Below, piece by piece: positions 26,838 to 39,628 of a stretch of 64,000 bases of DNA. The stretch is from positions 7,115,880-7,179,879 of the forward strand of contig NW_002060947.1 in NCBI RefSeq assembly GCF_000150275.1, read 5' to 3'. The DNA comes from Trichoplax adhaerens (lineage: Eukaryota; Animalia; Placozoa). Below the pieces are notes generated by a model. The model had not been told where the DNA came from. It did no database searches and saw nothing but the letters and a program-made list of their open reading frames with translations. The position numbers and the translations under genes were made by a program. Positions within the stretch are counted from its first letter, which is position 1. Every line of letters starts with the position of its first letter.

Positions 26838-27644
26838 CTAAATAGTTTCCCAACGGATAACAGTATCTTGGAGTAAATAAGCCTGAAGAAATTTGACAAA
26901 TTTATCGGGAAATTGGTGTTGTATGAAATGGTGACCACCGGGGATGATATACAATTGTGATCTTGGAATATTCTCTCGCTGATAGTGAGCATGAATAACA
27001 GGTGTGATAGGGTCATTTTCACCGTGTAGAATAAGTGTTGGACTTTGAATCTTGCTTAATTCTGATTGACACAAGCCTTGAGCATTACGAAGTAATATTG
27101 AATGCGTGTTTAAATAGCTAGTGAAACATTGTTGCACCGTGACTATGTCACCATAAACTTTAACATAGTCTTTTAAAACCTTTGGATCAAAGTCTGATTC
27201 GACGTTCTTAAGTTGATTTAGAATAGCGAGTTCTTTCTCAGTATTATAAGAGCGCGTTGCTAGTAAAATTAGTTTTTGAACCCTTGTCGGATACTTAGCG
27301 GCTAAAATCATAGCGGATACGCCACCGTCACAAAATCCGAGAACTGAATACTTTTCAAAACCTAAAGATTCCATGATAGCCGCGCAATCGTCAGCATCTT
27401 TGTAATAAAAATCCAATGGACATTCACGAGTTTGGGGAGGTTTAGATCGACCAAGGCCTCGAAGATGAAATGTCACTATTCGTAAATGATCGGGAACATC
27501 TTGTATCAAATAAGAAAATTCAATATCGCTAGCGCCGATACTACCTGGTATAATAACCAAAGTCTCTTCACCGTTACCCGATAATGAATAGTAGATATTT
27601 GTTTCCATATTAGAAGTTTTCACACTGATGACGTTACTTGACAT
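26838..27644 (-). CDS. Intronless BPHL/valacyclovir hydrolase-like alpha/beta hydrolase with Cys at the nucleophile position, 268 aa
   Basis: Single ORF. LVIIPGSIG, LRGLGRSKPP, DFYYKDADD, SVLGFCDGG, AAKYP, PTLILHGENDP and GGHHF align with BPHL motifs as I recall them (PGMLG, PRGYGHSRPP, DFFERDAKD, LLGWSDGG, AAKYP, HGEKDP, GKHN). Confidence 0.88.
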   Translation of the reverse strand: MSSNVISVKTSNMETNIYYSLSGNGEETLVIIPGSIGASDIEFSYLIQDVPDHLRIVTFHLRGLGRSKPPQTRECPLDFYYKDADDCAAIMESLGFEKYSVLGFCDGGVSAMILAAKYPTRVQKLILLATRSYNTEKELAILNQLKNVESDFDPKVLKDYVKVYGDIVTVQQCFTSYLNTHSILLRNAQGLCQSELSKIQSPTLILHGENDPITPVIHAHYQRENIPRSQLYIIPGGHHFIQHQFPDKFVKFLQAYLLQDTVIRWETI

Positions 27645-29045
27645 TTTAAAAATATCTTTAGTGATATAGTTTTACTTTATGTGTACTAGGAGTTTCTGAC
27701 GAGACTATAAAACGCTGGTGCCTGAAGACCACTTTTTAGTTAATAGTCGGTTAGTTAGTCAACCTAGTTTGTCAATCTCTATTAAATTGTCAAGACTTTA
27801 ACCTTGGTTGACTAGATTTCTTCAGTAATAAATAGTAGTAATTCTCCGACTACCTCGTCTATACTATCAGTGATGCTGTACCTATACTATAGTATTCGGT
27901 CGTTGGAATTAAACTATTTGATGATATAGCTAACCACGTCTCTTTAAGTCAGTAAGAGACATTCTTCGTAAGCGTTGGCGTGTGTAGGCTTACTTTGCTA
28001 CTAGTGGTGTGTGACAATCGTATATGTCGATTTCGATTCAATATCCCTTTCTTCTTAATCTTTAATTTGGATATCGTACAGTACTAGAGAAGAAGCACTG
28101 TGCGGCAGTAATATACGCAAAGTATAGGTAGTCGCCGAAGAAATATTTCGGATAACTGGTATACTGTAAGATTAAATAATCCAATTCAATGAGTGTAATA
28201 AGCGACGTCGCGCTAAAAGTTATTAAAATAATTTACGTCCGACAGAGCCATAATTGGCGAATACTATATAATAATATTAGCGAGATGACAGTAATAATTT
28301 TATTAGGTTATCTTGTGTCAATCATATTTGTTCTTATAGCATTATATAGCTTAAATCATTATCATTAGGAAGGATTCTAACATAATTCAACAGCACGATA
28401 TCATATTACCCTTAACTCCTAAGGGTCTCTATGTTACAGTATTTAATAAAGAACAACGAAGTCGAGAGGGACAATATCTCTTTAATCTTCTCGGAGCAAA
28501 ATACAGCATCGATTTTTATATTTTTGCCCTGTGCTAAATCTGCCCGGTGGACTGTCCTCAACAGAAATCTTCTTTACGCTCTCATCTTAGATAAAACCTA
28601 AGGAATTAAGTTGTGACATTAATTTTTTAAATGTCCCTGGCTGGCTAATACGGGCAATACTACTTTAAAGCTGCTCTAACATATGCTACTATACAGTAAA
28701 TGAGGGCTCTGTATTCATCGGGTCAATGATAGGATAGCATACTGTAAAGTCTATTTATTCAATTGATCTGATCAAATTAAACCAAGTTAAGCGTACAGTG
28801 GCCATGAGCCCCGTGATATCCTAATTAGCATACAAACAGCCAAGGTTTGAAGATAGACCAGGTATCGAGTACTGACTGTGCTAGAGAAATCGATGATTAC
28901 ACTATCATTGCAACTATTCTCTGCGTATCATCATAAATTATCAACATAAGCCAACATCAAGACTACTGTATAAGTTCATCTTTAATAAAATAAAATTACT
29001 TGCATTTATTGCCTGCCTAAAGACTCAGTAACGCTTAACGAGAAG

Positions 29046-31660
29046 ATGCCTTTTCAGTTTGAGAGTGTTTTAGTAACAGGAAGTAGCCGTGGGATCGGTT
29101 TCGAAATGGTTCGCCAACTAGCTAATTTATCATGCCCACCCAAGTATATTTTTGCTTCTTGTAGATCTCCTGATGGCGAAGCAGCAAAGGTGCAAATTAA
29201 AATGATGTATTGATTGAACGTGATCGAGCTAAGTTGATACACTTGCAGACTGTCTTATCAGTAATGATTCTAGATCAGCCAGGTTTATGACTGAATTAGC
29301 TATTAAAATGCAACTACAATAGCGATGCTAAACGACGATAAAATGTGTGTTATTCTAATATTATTGTACTGCAGCAGTTTATTAGACGACAAACACCATA
29401 ATACTGTATACTACTGATTTTATTTTTTACTTTTCACCGATTCATGTCCATTTTATCATGATGAATCATGACCGTACTGATGTGACTTCATTCGATATCC
29501 ATAGCGATAGGTCGATTTTGTACTATCATGTTTTAACTGTTCTGTGTATTGATGATGAACACTCGGAATGTCAATGATAGGAGCTACGGGACTTTGCATC
29601 AGAACATAGCAACGTCATAATTATTCAATTAGGTAAATTTCAAGTAAATCGAGAACATATAAAATAGCGTTAGTCTAGTGTAGTCTCTTAGTTGCTAATA
29701 TTTAGACACCGTACTAGGTATACACGTTGTATGCTTAGACAGTAATTATCTTCATCCATTTTACCTCTTTCGATCTAGCAAGTGACTACATTGAAGGACT
29801 AATAAGTTACTAAGAAATGCCCTTAATGGCTAACTTTCAGTCTTAAGGACATCGCAGTGATAGTAATGACTACAAGCCGGAGTTTTTTTACTCGCATACA
29901 ACACTTATACGATATTATTAAACAGTTTCTTTTCTGTAGTATTTTTTAAACTCCTCTTTACTACAACCAATTGATTCATTGTAAATCATATAGAATTGTA
30001 TTTCAGGATCTTGTATAGTTATAGACTTTTAATTCCAATAAATAATCTCCATTACTAGATGCCTTATCGAATGATTCGATTCAAAAATCGGCTGTTTTGG
30101 TTAAAGAGAAATTGGACAATGATGGACTCGATCTTATAGTCAATAATGCAGGAATTTTGACAAGATCCCCTAACTTTCTAGATGTAACAGAGGAGGATAT
30201 GATGCGTGTGTATAAAACTAACGTGGTAGGACCCTTCCAAGTCATACAGGTTGGTATTTATTAAAACTTAAAAATGATAGCAGGATGGATTATGTCTTTA
30301 AATTGCATGATGTATCGAAATTGAACATGTGAAATGGTCAATCTTGCAATGTAGTAAGGAAATAACGGTTTTGCTGTGATGAAGCTAGTGCACTAAGCGC
30401 GTTAACCTTTGCCTGGCTTATTCTTAGTACATTCGAGACTACGAAGAAAATCTGCCTGATCGCAGATTGTAGATTATATGACGTTTTATAACAGTACAAA
30501 GCGGATATTCTACTGTAAAAGTAACGATTGATAGATTTATCATCTATATAAAATTACCCACAAACTCATTGTCACTTTACAAAGACAGTAAATAGTTGTA
30601 CAACCATTTACTTTATGGTTAGCGAGGGCTATTATTACTAAGCAACTATAATATATCATAAGAAAGAGATCTAGATATAGATTCTAGGACATTCCGTAAA
30701 TGGTTAATATTGAGATATAAATGTAAGCATTTACAGATACGCCTAGCAAATAATTAACGAGAGTTCTTAGTATAACTTGCTAACAATCGTGCATCCATTT
30801 ACTTTATGATTAGCAAAGGTTGCTATTACTTAGTGACTGTAATATATCATAAGAAAGAGATTTAGATATTCGTAGATTCCAGGACATGATCTAGTCATAA
30901 TTATTATAATCGAATAATATTAAAAGTTAAACATAAGCATTGACAGACAAACGCAGCAAATAACTAGCGAGAGTTCTTAGTAGAGCTTGTTAACAGTTCT
31001 AAATATTGTAGTGATACTTCAACAGAGAAACAGTAGATACTTGTTCTCTCTATTAAATTGAAAAATTCTTGTCTAGATTGATGTTGCATAAATAATTAAA
31101 TCAAACTGTAATATCACTTAATGTTTAGCAATAAATTTAAAATTCAGTCCAAATGATTTAAATTCTATTTATGTGTAAATGTCTAGGCTTATCATTCGCT
31201 TTTAGCTAAGGCAGGTCAGAAAAAAGATTTTGCTGCTATTCTAAACATTTCCGGTACCCTAGGATCATGCGAAAAATCAAATTTTGGTGGTTTATATCCT
31301 TATGCCATATCGAAGGTAGTAGCCCAAGTGATACCGTATAAAAATCAATGCTATACAGTATATCTTGTAAATAGATTACTAATTTTATATCCAATATGCA
31401 ATTTAAAAATACTTTCAATCAATAATTTTTAGGCAGGCATGAATAGAATGACGAAAGGCTTAAGCTGTGAGCTAATTCGTGATAATATCATGATCATGTG
31501 CATTTGTCCAGGTTGGGTAAGGACTGCATTAGGAGGTTTGGATAAAGCCAGGCTATCACCACAAGAATCTGTTGAAAATATCGTCAAAATTATTGAATCT
31601 ATGGATAAAGATAAAAATGGAATCTATTGCAACAATACAGGTCAAATCATCCCATGGTAA
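29046..31660 (+). CDS. SDR-7: C-factor/sniffer-like SDR, second subfamily, 247 aa
   Basis: Exons 29046-29189, 29581-29632, 30059-30249, 31187-31315, 31433-31660. Motifs TGSSRGIG, VNNAG, NISG, YAISK, CPGWVRTALGG. Confidence 0.9.
30598..31000. repeat. ~190-bp diverged direct repeat in SDR-7 intron 3
   Basis: CCATTTACTTTATG.TTAGC..TATATCATAAGAAAGAGAT..CGAGAGTTCTTAGTA occurs twice (~30604 and ~30795). Confidence 0.8.
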
Positions 31661-32459
31661 AATTGCAATAATATGACTGGGCTAAATTTTTTATCGAATG
31701 AACTTTTTCAAAGCTAAAATTGTAAACTAGCTAATGGTCTAATCATACAATTGAGGGTATGGTTAATCATGTCTCAACAGCCATAAATTACCTACTTTAC
31801 TACAGTACAACTAATTTAATATCTCTAGTTTTTGTAGGATTTAATAGAAATAGAAAAGTATACTTACTCTTCAATGTATTATTGGTTTCAAACTTCTATT
31901 CAATTTCTTTTTTCGTCTGCCAACATCGGATGTGAATATCGTCTATTGTTAAAAGTCATCGATCATTTTTTGCTGTTATAAACTGTATACCGAATGTTTG
32001 TCATTTATCCGATGTTGTTTTTAAATAAAATGACCATGACCAGCTATTGTCTATTAATTAATTATATTTATCGTTGAGGTAATAAATTTAGGATATTAAT
32101 TTCTATTTTTACTATCAATTTTGTAAGCTAAGACAAGGAGAACTAAAGACCAATTGTTATAATTATTCCAACCATAATTATGTTAAAATTTTTGCATGAT
32201 AACTAGTTGGAATTACTACAACTACCGCTAATGAAATATTATTTCCAATAATTGAGGTCTGCAATCATGAAGAATACTTCTCAAATATCGCATTTCGAAT
32301 ACAATCCAACAAAGAATACTAGTTGCTACCAAGACTCTTTACATACGTGTGTTTATAATTTACACCTTGTAAGCGAGTGTTAATATCATTACAAAAGTGT
32401 GCTAACTCGGACAAATGTAATAATTTTTCAACTCGTTGTATAACTCAACAAAACTTAAA

Positions 32460-33040
32460 GAAAAACAGCAGGAAAAATTGCCAATTTCTTCAATCTGATC
32501 GATTTTTAATTGTGCATTGAGGCACTTTTTACTCTATACTGCAAGTTTACGAGCACTTTAGCCTTTACTAATATGGAACATTTAGATATAGAAACGTATT
32601 TGCACCATATATCCGATATGATCCGAACATTCTTTGAGAACTTTGCAGATAAATAAATAATACCTTACGAGAGAAAGCTGTAATTTCATAAAAATAGCAG
32701 GAAAAATCGTCTATTTTCTTAATGTGATTAAGTTATGATTCTGTGTTGAGGTATTCGTAACTCTGCACTGCAAGTTTGCAAACACTTTAACCTTTTCTAC
32801 TAAAAATATCTAATATTTTTCGAAAATTTTGTAGATAAATAAAATAATACCTTACGAGAGAAAATTAATTTCATACAAATAGCATGAAAAACTAACTATT
32901 TACTTAATTTTGATCGAGTTGATTCTGTATTGAGGTACTATTATCTCTGTACCACTAGTTTCCAATCACTTTAACCTACTGTACATTACTAATAATACTT
33001 TATATTTTTGGAAAGCTATGTAGATAAATAAATAATCCCT
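32460..33040. repeat. Three diverged ~185-230 bp tandem units
   Basis: Recurring AGCAGGAAAAA..TTGAGG..CACTTTAACC..GATAAATAAATAATACCTTACGAGAGAAA. Confidence 0.8.
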
Positions 33041-34095
33041 ATATTATATCAAAAATATCGTTATTTGTGTGTTATTTTTAGTATATTTCGAGAGAAAACT
33101 GTAGTTTTATACAATCAATTATTTCTTAATTACATTACCATTTGCGCCTCGGCATGGACAGCATCTGATAATAAATATCATTATTATCAACTGTGAGTTA
33201 ATAGTATATCATGGCTTGATCTCATTTATGATATCGGATGTGCTGCACGATAATCAATAGCACCATTTGTACCTGTGCACATCTATTAATTAAATTAAAT
33301 TATTGCCCTAATAACTGAGTAATACAATAAGTACTCATGGATAATTTTAGTTTCTAGTGATTTCATTTATCTACAATATTATTAATTCAGTTGATTAATA
33401 TGATGTAGGGAAAATGCAATACTCGTATCAGAAAAGAGTTTGATACTGTGTATAATTATTTTTAGCCTACTTAAGATACCATTGATCATAACTTATGATC
33501 AATAGGAACCTTGCACTTGGGTATGCTTCATGCATTTTGCTGATAGCGTAGCTAAATACTATAGGCAACCGTAAAATTTTATATCATCATGAATCACCTC
33601 TTTAAGTCTATAGTAAGAATATTAACGATCTATCAGCAGGCAATAGTGTTCAAATATGAAATGTAGAGTAGATTCCATGCCTGCCTGCTCGTAGTCAGTC
33701 ACTAGAGAACATTACGAATCAATTGATTTAATTAGCAATCAAGCCAGATTTAGCACATAACATGATGATATTGCAATAGCGAAACTATTACGACTTCGAG
33801 CAGTGCAATCTGAAACTGGTGCGTTAATGTACTACGGTGCTAAGAAGTGTCGTCCAGTTGTTATTGACATAATTAATGACAAAATATTGTATTGCATTTG
33901 CACCAACACTTTACTGACTTTAATTTGTGGTCAACAATCATCGATCGCAAGACATCAGCGAAACCTATAAATACTTCACAATTTTCATCATCTGGCAATA
34001 GAAAATAATCAAAAGCATTGAAACGTTTTCGGAAATATTGGTCTATCGTTCAGTTTCTCAATTTGTAACTTCACTCATTTCCTGTCAGCAAAATC

Positions 34096-34787
34096 ATGAA
34101 GACTGCTCTTGCTATCGTATCGGTTCTGCTTTGTATGACAACCATTGTGGTAATTTTAGATTTATATTTACAAAGATTGATTTCTTGATTTGATTTGCAC
34201 AGTAATTTAAATTTTTACAATTTATTTCAGTCTGCTATCGTAACAGACTATGTGATCCAAAGTAAGACTTAATTTTGATTAGATTATTCGCTTTTATCTA
34301 CTAGTAAAATGGTACTCATTTCTTGTCCCTAATCTATTTACAATCTACTATAGCTGATCCACGAATTTGTAAAAACAGCGTGCTAGCTTTTAAAGTCCAT
34401 GGAACATCAGTAATTGCTTGCCCAGGTGGTTGGAGTGGACATATTAGTAACTCTAGATTGTGTGGAAGAGGTTATCACTTGTGCAATAAAAATGATAAAG
34501 GGCCCAAACTTTCCAAAATTAGCTACTCACATGGCATCAAAATTCCCGGCTGTTATGCCTTTAATGCAGCTCATGACTTTGGACAGTGTATTGACTGCGA
34601 GAATAAGCGACATCATGATGACTTAGGTGGCGTTGGTGTTACATGTCCCAGAAAAACTACCAGTCAAAGTACATCTTGTTTAACCGGTGGAACGATTGAT
34701 GCAGCACCGAATGTGAATTCCTCCAATAATAATAAAGGTTGCCGTTACCATCCAGGAATATCAGGCGTTCTATGCTGTAAGAATTAA
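34096..34787 (+). CDS. Secreted 12-Cys protein, copy A (intact, short pro-segment)
   Basis: Exons 34096-34149 (MKTALAIVSVLLCMTTIV, signal peptide), 34231-34261, 34354-34787 (..ICKN..IACPGGWSGH..LCGRGYHLC..PGCYAFNAAHDFGQCIDC..HDDLGGVGVTC..TSCLTGGTIDAA..GCRYHPGISGVLCCKN). TATAAA at 33966. Confidence 0.88.
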
Positions 34788-36059
34788 TAATCCACTTACA
34801 GTAAGAATCTTAGTAAGCTCCGTGTTATTTGATGTTGTAGTTTAAACAATGTTGAAGTTGCATAAGCGATATAAATCAATAAATTGATATGGAAAAAAAT
34901 TAATACCACTTAAGAATATCTAATTTACTTCCATAGCGCAGTAATTGTCTTGTTTATGGAAATATTCAGCTGTTAAAAGAATAAATTTAGTTAAGAACGA
35001 AGCTCAATCTACGCAATTGTAACCATAACCTAATCGTGTTAAAGCTATGAAGAACAGTGATTCATTACGAACTGATGTTACCGGATCTATGTTACGGGTG
35101 TTTGCAGTGATTAAAATAAAAAGTAAAAACGGTAAATGAAGAAATCAAAAACCCCTATATAATTGATTTTGTACCCGATCTGGAAAATACTAATCATTAA
35201 TTCAATTACAAAATAAAGTCTTCTTTAATTCTCTAGCATTACCATTTTCTTTTATTTTATGCAGGGCAATACTAAAATTGTTTTGCAATGTTTACGATAA
35301 CTGCATGATTATAGCGACAGGTACTAAATTTAATAGAGTTTCAATTACAATACAATGCGAAAATTTAAGTAATATAGTTTTCTGGGCCAAAGCAGTAGAT
35401 AGAAAACTTGAAGAATTGTTGGGCTCGGATGTAGGACAGAATGGGGCTTCATTAATTAAATTATCGAAAACCGATAGACGTTCGATTATGAACTACAATC
35501 GATGGCGTTGAAATAAATATAGATGCAACTTCATAAATGACTTGAGGTTTAACATCCATTATGTAATTTTATCCTAAGGACCTTTCAATATTAACGTTTG
35601 TAGTCAAGGCGGTAGTATACAATTTTAAGGATTGCGTTATATCAGCTCAAGCATTCATTTTGGATGTGTTCAAATACCTAATTCTTACTTTCAAGAACTT
35701 GTGAAAGTTTCAATTTTTGAGCTAATAGATTAAAAGCGTAGAACAAGATAAATGCAAGGCTGAGTATTCCTCTACCTGAGCTCAATCACTCAAACGGAAA
35801 ACAGCTTATTGAATTGCATAATACTGATCTGCAATGGATTATCTAGATATTCTGTCGCAACAATACTCGTAAATGCATTTTGGTGGTCGTTGAATTTACA
35901 GTAAGCAACCACAAGATCTATAGGTTATGGAATAATTAGCTCCCCAAAACTTTGTACACAAAGTAGCAGTATAGAGAGCCTGATAATGCATAACCCCATC
36001 GTCTTTATAAGATACAGTAAATAGGAAATACGGTTATACTGTCACCTAGTAAACACATC

Positions 36060-36490
36060 TTACGTATTTACTTTAGAACATCAACATTATCTATTTACCG
36101 TAACTGTAGATTTTAGCTAGGTCGTCAATTTTTCTACATCAAGCTAGCAAATATTCTATGTACTACTTTATAGCATCGATATGATCGATTCAATTATAAA
36201 TTTTGATTAGTCTGTCAATTTTTTCTATGTCAGTTTAGCAAAAAATCTGCTTGTCTACTTTAAAGCATCGACAAAATCGATTCAATTATAGACTTTAGTT
36301 AGGCTTTCAATCTTTTCCTGCACCAAGTTGGCAAACACTCCACGTTTCTACTTTGTAGCATCGATAATACCGATTTAATTATAGATTTTACATAGATTGT
36401 CAATTTTCCTACATCAAGCTTGCGAAACACGTACGTATCTACTTTTCTTATAATATCAACATTATCGATTTAATAATAAATTTTAGTTAG
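36060..36490. repeat. ~88-bp minisatellite, about 5 units
   Basis: Recurring TCTACTTT..AGCATCGA..ATCGATTCAATTATAGATTTT..GTCAATTTT.CTACATCAAG. Confidence 0.8.
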
Positions 36491-36766
36491 ACGTAGATAA
36501 GTGGATGATATCTGAGTTTATGTTGATACTTAAATTGGCGCAATAGTTATTAATATTATTTATATTGTAATAGTTGGAACTGACAGGGTCTACTTATAAC
36601 TAGTGCCTTAATGTATCGACAGAACATATATCCCACTATTTCTCTATCCTATTACTGAAATTGGAAAGGCGTTGAAATATTGGCTGAAATATTACTTTGA
36701 TCAACCTCATCGTCCAGATTTTTGACTTTTGTTCATTTTCCAGTACTAATAATCCATTAGTGAAAT

Positions 36767-37598
36767 ATGAAGACTTTTCTTTCTCTCCTGTGCGCTCTAC
36801 TCGGTCTAACTAGGTTTACGGTAATTTATTGTTTATATATTTATAATAATTACAGCTATTTCATTTGAAAAAATTTATTACACAGTTTAATTCCTAGAGT
36901 TAACGACTATATATCCGCTATATATCCGCCAAATTTTTCAGTCTGCTATGGTAACAGATCATCGAATCCGAAGTGCGGTTTTTGATAAAAATTTGTGTCT
37001 ACGACTCAATTTAAATATGAATTTCAACCCTCAGGTGGACTATGTCAAACGAAGTAAAACATTTTAAATTCAGCTTCATTGACTCGAATAACTATAACCC
37101 GTCGATTTCTTTAATCTTAGTTACTAGTAAAATTATACTTACTCTTGTTCTTAATCTTCAATAGTGAAGCCATCAATCTGTAGAAATAGTTTGATCGGTC
37201 TTAAAGTCTATAAGATATCAGTCATTGCTTGCCCAGGTGGTTAGAGAGGGCATATAAGTAACGCAACTTTGTGCGTTAGTGGTTATCATCTATGCAATAA
37301 AAATGACCAAGCATCCCTACTTTCCAAGATCACATATTCGCATGACGCTCAAATCGCTGGATGTTATGCATTTAATGCAGCTCATGATCTTGGACAATGT
37401 ATTTACTGCAAGAATCAAACATACCATGATGATTTAGGTGGTGTGGGTAGAACATGTCCTAGAAAAACCTCCAATCAAAGAACATCTTGCTTAACAGGTG
37501 GAACTATCGATACAGCGACCAGTGTTTCTTCCTTTAGAACCAATAAAGCTTACTATTATCATTCAGGAATATCTGGTGTTTTGTGTTGTAAGAATTAA
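36767..37598 (+). pseudogene. Secreted 12-Cys protein, copy B (probable pseudogene)
   Basis: Exons 36767-36820, 36942-37053, 37165-37598. In-frame TAG at 37242-37244 replaces the conserved Trp of GGW, and the 10th Cys is replaced by Tyr. Confidence 0.85.
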
Positions 37599-39628
37599 AA
37601 TCTATTATCTTAATAAGCCTCTTTTGTTGTTAATAAAAGTTCTAGTTTTAAAGATAGTCAGCAAGAATAAACTCTAACTGTATATTTTATTCGTTATATA
37701 AGCTACAGATAATTCGATGTGATTAAATTGATTTCGCTTACAATCGCTAATCCACTTTAAAAGAATATTCACTGCCTCAAGTAGAAGTGGTTAGTATTGT
37801 AATATCAAATATAGCTTTTCTAAAATACTCTTATAATGAGAAACAGATTAGGAACAAATCCTATTATGAGCAGTAATAACTGTAATCTGCTTAACAATGT
37901 TGTTAACTTCTTTTGCTATTTCTATTATTAACTGATATACTTTGTATGTCTGGACTGATGATTTGTAGGTTTGTTAAAAAATTAGCCTTGCAGTGCGACT
38001 AATTAAACTGCAAACATGATAAATTTCGAAATCATAAATCTCTAAATAGCAATCAAATTGTTTTGCGCAAAATTAATCTTTTGAGCAAGCCCTGAAAGAA
38101 AGTAGATCTTGTGAGTGTGAGACTTTATCCAAAGATAAAAGATAATTAATAAAGATGTTTAAATTCGATTAAGATAAACTCTTCGTCACGATTGTGAAAT
38201 ATTATGCTAAGCAGTTAGCTAGATGAGATAAAGTACTATATTTTTTATTTTCAGTAGAAAGAAATAGACTATTGGACTTATAAGAATATTCTGTGCCTGT
38301 ATATCGGGCACAGTAGTAGTAAACTGATGTTATTAAGACGTTATTAGAGTGGTATTATAAGAAACTATCTAACAGCGAAGTCCGATGATACTAACTTTAG
38401 TTCACTCTTCAACTGTAAGGTTACTAGACAGTTCTAAGATTTATACATGTTAAGACATGGAACGTAACTAGTACGTTATGAAGGCCTAATTTTGTTTTAT
38501 TCTTAGTTTAGAGGACTACAACAGGTACTAACCGTAGTGATATGAAATTAATAGAAATTGCATGGCGATGAATGTAATTTTTATTTCAAGTTAAAGTAGT
38601 AATAAGTAAAATTTCGACTAGCCTATAAGATGAATAAGACGTTATAATTCATGATATGACGGCATAAAAGTCTAGAAGTGAGTACCGGAGAAATAATTAT
38701 TACTTCTCTGATTTCTATGTAGCAAATAAATATATTGGTGTTTACAGTAAGCTTATGCTGAATTTATAATTTATTTCTAGAAGAAAAAGCTCCCGTAAAA
38801 CTTACAAACATCGAGATTTATTTCTGCTACGTTTGCTGCAAGCGTAGTTGTAGCAGTGTAGGAACCTGATAGCTCAGTCTAGTCCGGTAATTATGGCCTT
38901 TCTAAAAAATGTTTGATAGTATTTTAAAAATTATGTTAACAGATTTTCTATGTGGTATTCATGTATAACATTTGATCTAGAATTAGTTAGCTTGCCTAAT
39001 GTTTAGTGCTAATAAGTTATGTTAACTTAAGACTTAAAGAATTCTGCTCTCTTTTTTTTAAAATACTGCAAGAAATTACAATTTTGAAATCTAGCAAGTT
39101 TAAATTTTAGAAATTTATCAAGTAGGATAGTAATTCATCTAACTACATTCAGAAGATTCTAGTTACATAAACAATGCTGGAATTTTATTCCGGTTGGCAA
39201 CTGAAAATTATACGTAGATTTATAAGAGCAGTTTACTATTTGACGACAAGACTAAGTTTACATACTAATTAGTATATACTTCGTTGTACATGGTATTCTA
39301 ATATCATGATAAGTTACATCTATTAAAAAAAGTTACTTTATTATGAAGTTTAATAGACTTAATAGCAGTCTTAGCTATCTAATTATCAAAGTGTTAGTTT
39401 TCACTTTACAGTTTGGATTAATAATGCGATATGAACTTCTTATAAAATGCTATAATACTATGTAATTGAGTAGCAGAAACCAATAAGAAAGGTCTAGACT
39501 ATCTCTTTACTTTAAAAGTTACCGGATTGCAAATTAGAATACCAACAGATATGATGAATATTTATAATATATGTGTTAACTTGTATATAGCAGTAAAATC
39601 GCTTTCTCTCTCCATACATATATAGCCC

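Noticed and set aside
5007-31660. Recent bacterial horizontal transfer of the CsgA-like SDRs
   Set aside because: All copies have four conserved spliceosomal introns and host-like composition, and the family is widespread in animals.
34414-34626. Alternative-frame ORFs overlapping the 12-Cys genes (also 41384, 52754, 61509)
   Set aside because: Shadow frames of the conserved coding exon with non-ATG starts; their recurrence is explained by paralogy.
37242-37244. Programmed readthrough or recoding of the TAG in copy B
   Set aside because: It is a single transition from a Trp codon, accompanied by loss of a conserved Cys, and the other copies have TGG. Simple nonsense mutation is more parsimonious.
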